This document shows, one piece after another, positions 59,686 to 64,000 of a DNA stretch of 64,000 nucleotides (positions are counted from its first letter, which is position 1; each line of letters starts with the position of its first letter). Both the position numbers and the translations under genes were made by a program. The DNA comes from a virus: the IMG/VR virus record IMGVR_UViG_3300044634_002329, positions 55,986-119,985 of that record; one strand, given 5' to 3'. Under the pieces are notes generated by a model. It was given only the letters and a program-made list of their open reading frames with translations. It was not told where the DNA came from and did not search any database.

Positions 59686-60399
59686 TTACCAGATTATTGA
59701 ATAATTATAAACTTCTTGTATAATTTTTTGTGTTTTTGTAAATACATTTTCAGAATTCCAAGTTTGTGTTTTATTGTACACAGCACTAGCCGGATGACTA
59801 ATTAGAAATTTATGACAATTTTCATTGACATGTTCTTCCCAATTTTGTGCTTGTTTACCAACAAATATGTAGACTAAACCTGGACAATTTAATGATAAGT
59901 AGTCAAACAAATATGTAATGAAAGGTTTCCAAATATCATAATGTTCACCAACTTTTCCTATTACAGTTGTTAAAGCTGAATTAAGGAGTAATATACCTTG
60001 TTCAGCCCATCTTGTTAAATCAGGATCTGTACTTATAGGATGACCTTTGTAAACAGTTCTGTTTACTTCATTAAGTAAAAAGTTAATAGCCGGCATACAT
60101 TCCTCAGACTTACTACAACTAAATGCTAGACCATCTGCTACATTAATTTGTGGATAAGGATCTTGACCTATCATAACAACTTTAAGTTCATTTACAGGGC
60201 ACTTTTCAAATGCACTAAATACATCTTTAAGTGCAGGAGTAAATCTTTTATTAGCATTAACTTGATTGACCAATGTAATTAATATGGTATCAAATTCATT
60301 ACTATATATAAATCCTCTTAATTTTAATGCCCAACCAGATGGTTCTAATCTTTTATACAACTTATCTTTTAATTCTGTAATGTTTAATTCTTTTTGCAT
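59686..60399 (-). CDS. ung: Uracil-DNA glycosylase (family 1)
   Basis: 'KVVMIGQDPY', 'ADGLAFS', 'L..WAEQGILLLN..LT', 'HPAS'. Confidence 0.92.
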   Translation of the reverse strand: MQKELNITELKDKLYKRLEPSGWALKLRGFIYSNEFDTILITLVNQVNANKRFTPALKDVFSAFEKCPVNELKVVMIGQDPYPQINVADGLAFSCSKSEECMPAINFLLNEVNRTVYKGHPISTDPDLTRWAEQGILLLNSALTTVIGKVGEHYDIWKPFITYLFDYLSLNCPGLVYIFVGKQAQNWEEHVNENCHKFLISHPASAVYNKTQTWNSENVFTKTQKIIQEVYNYSIIW

Positions 60400-60405
60400 T
60401 TTGAT

Positions 60406-60413
60406 TATATTTG
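60406..60413 (+). promoter_or_regulatory. Bacteroidota-type -7 promoter element TATATTTG
   Basis: TAnnTTTG 16 nt upstream of ATG 60430 of the lone + strand gene. Confidence 0.45.
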
Positions 60414-60429
60414 TAAAAAAATATTTGTT

Positions 60430-60744
60430 ATGGCAATTAAAGTAAAGGAGTTAAAGGATGATACATTGTTAGATGTGAAAGTAAATAAATCATATTATTT
60501 AATGCTAAAGTCTACTTTGTTTTACATTTTTCAACAAGAAAAAGACTCTTCTAAAAGAGAAGAATCTTTAAAAGTTATTAAAGAAGGTGATTATGAGAAA
60601 ATGAATGAATATGAAAGATCATTCTACACCTTAACTCTTATTCTTGCTGAAATTGAAAAACAAGCTACAAACAACTCTTTATTTGATGAAAAAGAAGTGT
60701 TAGAACCTGGAGATGAAGGTTATGTTGAACCTAAGCTAGGTTAA
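60430..60744 (+). CDS. Hypothetical protein (lone + strand gene in the - strand block)
   Basis: MAIKVKELKDD...; fills the gap between ung and the next - gene and has its own promoter-like box. Confidence 0.65.
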   Translation: MAIKVKELKDDTLLDVKVNKSYYLMLKSTLFYIFQQEKDSSKREESLKVIKEGDYEKMNEYERSFYTLTLILAEIEKQATNNSLFDEKEVLEPGDEGYVEPKLG

Positions 60745-61120
60745 CATTATAAAATTCACCAATTTCAATGCAGGCTTGAATAGCTTGGGATAATTCATCT
60801 TTACTACAATCAGCAAATGATTTAATACTTTGAGTTTTTCCTTTGTTTATAATCAAACCTGCTTTTTCTTTTACAACAACTTTCATCTCTTCAAATGTAT
60901 ATCCAGATTCTTTTGCAAGTTCTCTAATACATGCATGTACTTTAACTACTTGTGCAGCTGTACCATCAGGAGTTGATAACTCCATATACATCTCAACAAT
61001 CTCACCTTCTGCAAGATTATCTATAAAAATTTCATATTTAAGTTTTTCTTTTGGATCAACATAAACAAGTTTACCATTTTTCTTTTCTAACTTAACTATA
61101 TTATTCATATTCTTTTCCAT
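60731..61120 (-). CDS. Hypothetical protein, NinB/YbcN-like
   Basis: 'T.AQ..KVHA.IRELA...G....EMK...K...KSFAD.SK.ELS'. Confidence 0.5.
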   Translation of the reverse strand: MEKNMNNIVKLEKKNGKLVYVDPKEKLKYEIFIDNLAEGEIVEMYMELSTPDGTAAQVVKVHACIRELAKESGYTFEEMKVVVKEKAGLIINKGKTQSIKSFADCSKDELSQAIQACIEIGEFYNVNLA

Positions 61121-61356
61121 TTTTTAGTTAAACCAATAAACGTTTGTAAATCTACTATGTCTTCAATAATATAATCTAAGTCATAAAGATAAACTTTCCA
61201 TCTGTCTCCGTATGAATCATCACTTTCTGATGATGTAATAGTTTGATTTTGACCTAATTCATAAGAATAATAGTAATAATCTTCTTTATTACCACTTTCT
61301 TCTTTAGGTACATCAATTCTAACAAACCCTTCTTCTTGTAATTCAATTTCTGTCAT
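61105..61356 (-). CDS. Hypothetical protein
   Basis: 83 aa, 'MTE.EL..EGF' start, overlapping neighbours. Confidence 0.55.
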   Translation of the reverse strand: MTEIELQEEGFVRIDVPKEESGNKEDYYYYSYELGQNQTITSSESDDSYGDRWKVYLYDLDYIIEDIVDLQTFIGLTKKWKRI

Positions 61357-61757
61357 GATGTTTTATTAAATGTGTTACTAAGCATTAGAGGAGATATCAT
61401 TAAAACAGTGTAATCTTTCTTTACATTTTTATATGCTTTAGAATCATAAACTACTCCATATTTCTTTTGTCTTTTCTTTCTATAATGCTTAAGTATTGTA
61501 TACAACATGTAGAAGTTATCTTTATCTGGTGAAGTTAACATGTTAGATAAGTTTTCAGATTCATCCTGTGTTATCATATTCATAGCCAGATTAAGATTAA
61601 TTTCTGCAGCAAAAATAAATGGTTTATACTGATCTTTATGAGTACCTTCAGAATACAGATACCATAAAAAGTTCATACTTTTATCATCACTATTGCTTAA
61701 TTCATAATGTTCATTTGCTATTTTAGTAATAAACTTTTTTATCTCTGGTGTAATCAT
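61353..61757 (-). CDS. Hypothetical protein
   Basis: 134 aa; contains the 'NLSNMLTSPDKDN' motif. Confidence 0.55.
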   Translation of the reverse strand: MITPEIKKFITKIANEHYELSNSDDKSMNFLWYLYSEGTHKDQYKPFIFAAEINLNLAMNMITQDESENLSNMLTSPDKDNFYMLYTILKHYRKKRQKKYGVVYDSKAYKNVKKDYTVLMISPLMLSNTFNKTS

Positions 61758-62133
61758 CTCCTACAGTTATATTAGTATAAGAATAAATTTTAAGAGGATT
61801 TTTCCTAAAATATTCTTTATTTTCTTTTCTTTTTTCTGAATCTAACATTTGTATATTATCATAATCAAAACTTAACATAATTGATCTAGCATATTCTACA
61901 TCTGGAACTTCGGCAGATAATACTACTCCCCATCTTACAGTATCAAAATGACCGTTATCCAAATTAGGATTTTCAGGTACATAATACTTAGTATATCTTT
62001 TATTAATGTATTTAGCACCCATTTGAGTAAGCATAGCTTTAGCAATATCAACAGCTTCTTTTCTTACACCCTTAGGACCAAGTCCTGTAGGTATACCTAT
62101 TCTTAATAGTCCTGACTTAGCTTCCATAATCAT
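61723..62133 (-). CDS. Hypothetical protein
   Basis: 136 aa ORF in a contiguous operon. Confidence 0.5.
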   Translation of the reverse strand: MIMEAKSGLLRIGIPTGLGPKGVRKEAVDIAKAMLTQMGAKYINKRYTKYYVPENPNLDNGHFDTVRWGVVLSAEVPDVEYARSIMLSFDYDNIQMLDSEKRKENKEYFRKNPLKIYSYTNITVGDDYTRDKKVYY

Positions 62134-62339
62134 AATTTTTTGATTTCTTGTTGAACTTCTGAATAATAAGAATTATTTTTTTCTAATATTCTTAATAAAT
62201 CTAGTATCTCATCAACTGCAATTAAAGCACATTGTTTTGCATATTTTCTTCTTGAATCTATGCTAGAATTTTCACTAAAATCAGTTAATAGTAAATAATA
62301 CTTATCAAATAATTCCCTCGCTTTTTCTTTAGCTTCCAT
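62130..62339 (-). CDS. Conserved small hypothetical protein of Bacteroidota phages
   Basis: 'KEKA.EL..KY...AKQCALIAVDEIL...Y..EV.QEI.KL'. Confidence 0.6.
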   Translation of the reverse strand: MEAKEKARELFDKYYLLLTDFSENSSIDSRRKYAKQCALIAVDEILDLLRILEKNNSYYSEVQQEIKKL

Positions 62340-62877
62340 TTTGTCTTAGTATTAATTCATCAATAGTTCTAGGTGTGTAATCTAAAAGATGAGCATCAAC
62401 ATTAAAATACTTGTTTTTAGTAAATCCGGGAACACTTCCAGGATCATTATACTTATTCTTAGTTACAACTTCTTCAAGCTTATTCAAGTGATGAATATGA
62501 GCATGTATGTTACCTCTGTAGAAATGTACTTCATTAGGATGAATAGGTACATGTGTAAGAATAAATCCTTTGTAATCTATTGCTCCGGTAATACCTTCTA
62601 CATATAACATTAATTGTTTTGAATGCTGATACTTATCATGATTCCCACCAACAACAATCTTTCTACCATGTAACAAATCTAGTTTATAATAATCTAGTTT
62701 CTTTTCCATGGTAACATCTCCAAGAATATAAGTAGTATCTTTTTTGTTTACTACTTTATTCCATTGCTTTATCAAGTATGCATCTTGTTCTTCAGCATTA
62801 TCCCACCCACGGTATTTTGCTACACTATGGTGTCCAAAATGTAGACAACCAATCATCCTAACGTTACTGATAGGCAT
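62329..62877 (-). CDS. Calcineurin-like metallophosphoesterase
   Basis: 'G(C)LHFGH', 'LGDV', 'GNHD', 'LTHVP', 'NIHAHIH'. Confidence 0.85.
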   Translation of the reverse strand: MPISNVRMIGCLHFGHHSVAKYRGWDNAEEQDAYLIKQWNKVVNKKDTTYILGDVTMEKKLDYYKLDLLHGRKIVVGGNHDKYQHSKQLMLYVEGITGAIDYKGFILTHVPIHPNEVHFYRGNIHAHIHHLNKLEEVVTKNKYNDPGSVPGFTKNKYFNVDAHLLDYTPRTIDELILRQNGS

Positions 62878-62900
62878 CTCCTTTCCAATAGTTCATAATT

Positions 62901-63248
62901 TTATTTTTTAAGAAATTCTTCAAAAGCCATATACTGCTTAACTCTTAGTAGTAATGTATCTACTGTATCAGGATAATAATTATAGGTTTTAAATCTATAA
63001 CTAGAAAGACCATGTTCAATAGTAGTTTCTACATACCATTGATTTATAACAGTAGTTCCACTTGTAGAAAGTCTTTTTGATGCTATAAACTTAATGTGAA
63101 CACTTGTTAAATCCATAATCCTAGGACCCGGAGTAACATAATGATTACTAATATATTGCATATATTCATTAGACCCTCCTGGATATTTTGATGTAAAACC
63201 TTGTTTAACTATTTTCCTTCTTATTTTGTCAATCTCTAAAGCAGTCAT
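62901..63248 (-). CDS. Hypothetical protein
   Basis: 115 aa ORF in a contiguous operon. Confidence 0.5.
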   Translation of the reverse strand: MTALEIDKIRRKIVKQGFTSKYPGGSNEYMQYISNHYVTPGPRIMDLTSVHIKFIASKRLSTSGTTVINQWYVETTIEHGLSSYRFKTYNYYPDTVDTLLLRVKQYMAFEEFLKK

Positions 63249-63249
63249 A

Positions 63250-63456
63250 TCAAATCCTATTAGTTATACAACTTGGCCTGTGTCTTTTTCTTATCCCACA
63301 ATGAAGACATTTCTGTTCTATTTGGTTATCACATAGTTTACTATTTTTTGGTTTGTAGTCATTGTAGGCTTGCCAATAACTATCAGGTGCAGTGTATCTA
63401 TAGCAGTGATACTTTAGTTTACAATCCTTATTTCCACATTTACTTATATCAGCCAT
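63250..63456 (-). CDS. Small Cys-rich hypothetical protein
   Basis: 'MADISKC....C.LK..CYRYTA' pattern common in phages, plus C..C...H...C. Confidence 0.6.
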   Translation of the reverse strand: MADISKCGNKDCKLKYHCYRYTAPDSYWQAYNDYKPKNSKLCDNQIEQKCLHCGIRKRHRPSCITNRI

Positions 63457-63458
63457 AA

Positions 63459-63821
63459 CTAATAGTAATATCTAAAACATGCATTGTCATAAGTAATGAT
63501 CAATACAGTATAGTCATCTGTATATTGCATGGTAAGGTAACAGGTGATATACTCTTCATCTAATGATTTCCAGGTAATATGATCATCTTTTTTATCAAAG
63601 ATCTCTAAGGTTTCAAATACTGAACCCATCTCATTGTTAATAGACACTACAGACTTATCAAATGTAATAGTCAAGTTTACTTTTTGAACATTACCCCAGA
63701 CCCAACCATTTTTAACTTTGGACCATGTGCCCACTTGTGCTGCATATGCTCTTTCTATATCTTGACAGAATGCACTTACAGTAATAGCAATAAATGCTAT
63801 GATTAATAATAATTTCTTCAT
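63459..63821 (-). CDS. Putative exported beta-rich protein
   Basis: Signal peptide 'MKKLLLIIAFIAITVSAFC-Q' (Bacteroidota-style Gln after the cleavage site). Confidence 0.65.
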   Translation of the reverse strand: MKKLLLIIAFIAITVSAFCQDIERAYAAQVGTWSKVKNGWVWGNVQKVNLTITFDKSVVSINNEMGSVFETLEIFDKKDDHITWKSLDEEYITCYLTMQYTDDYTVLIITYDNACFRYYY

Positions 63822-63822
63822 T

Positions 63823-63999
63823 TTATTCTGTTTTAGATTCTACAATTTCAATTAATTTAGTAAGACAAGCAATTTCTGCTTCTTCGTAGGTATCAAAATA
63901 AAACTCAATTTTTTCTTCACCATATACAGTAATATAGAATGCATTTTTTTTATTCATATGAACTACTGAAGCATAAAATTTATACTTCTCTCTGAACCA
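63823..63999 (-). CDS. Hypothetical protein, 5'-truncated by the window edge
   Basis: Reads WFREKYKFY...DTYEEAEIACLTKLIEIVESKTE*, ending just before the next ATG. Confidence 0.55.
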   Translation of the reverse strand, partial: WFREKYKFYASVVHMNKKNAFYITVYGEEKIEFYFDTYEEAEIACLTKLIEIVESKTE

Positions 64000-64000
64000 T

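Noticed and set aside
41106-63458. Short + strand ORFs within the - strand block (41106, 42629, 47369, 49410, 51164, 52378, 52845, 56025, 57415, 58341, 60843, 62389, 63273) and nested - ORFs 44947-45159 and 52502-52696
   Set aside because: They overlap better-supported genes and have no motifs.
1-64000. Stop-codon reassignment (TAG or TGA), known in some Crassvirales
   Set aside because: Genes are long and tile densely under the standard code, and TAG and TGA both serve as real stops at gene overlaps (e.g. 37549-37551 and ATGA junctions).
1-64000. tRNA, rRNA or diversity-generating retroelement
   Set aside because: Intergenic gaps are too short, and I saw no cloverleaf, reverse transcriptase motif or TR/VR repeat pair by eye; a tRNAscan/Infernal run would be needed to exclude small RNAs.

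Overview
AT-rich segment of a large podovirus genome most consistent with a crAss-like phage (Crassvirales), probably infecting Bacteroidota (TAnnTTTG-type promoter boxes, no obvious Shine-Dalgarno sites). The standard genetic code appears to be used. The + strand block (1-40952) holds virion genes: the end of a tail tubular/ring protein, a tail stabilization/muzzle protein, three low-complexity proteins punctuated by xxxGG motifs, and four large putative ejected cargo proteins. One of these is a ~5250-aa virion RNA polymerase (DYDGD) carrying a C-terminal string of accessory domains. The - strand block (40972-64000) converges on it and holds replication and early genes: PolB, primase, DnaB, Sak4-like ATPase, SSB-like protein, UNG, MazG-like pyrophosphatase, PD-(D/E)XK exonuclease, a MoxR/vWA pair, free-standing homing endonucleases and many small ORFs. 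Most interesting observations: (1) three consecutive giant, otherwise Cys-free proteins carry cysteines only at the termini that face each other, suggesting a head-to-tail linked ejection chain; (2) accessory domains on the RNAP are bounded by short DNA direct repeats, like swappable cassettes; (3) double-glycine motifs delimit modules in virion proteins, including an apparent outer-membrane beta-barrel. All family assignments come from motif recognition by eye; no database searches were run.
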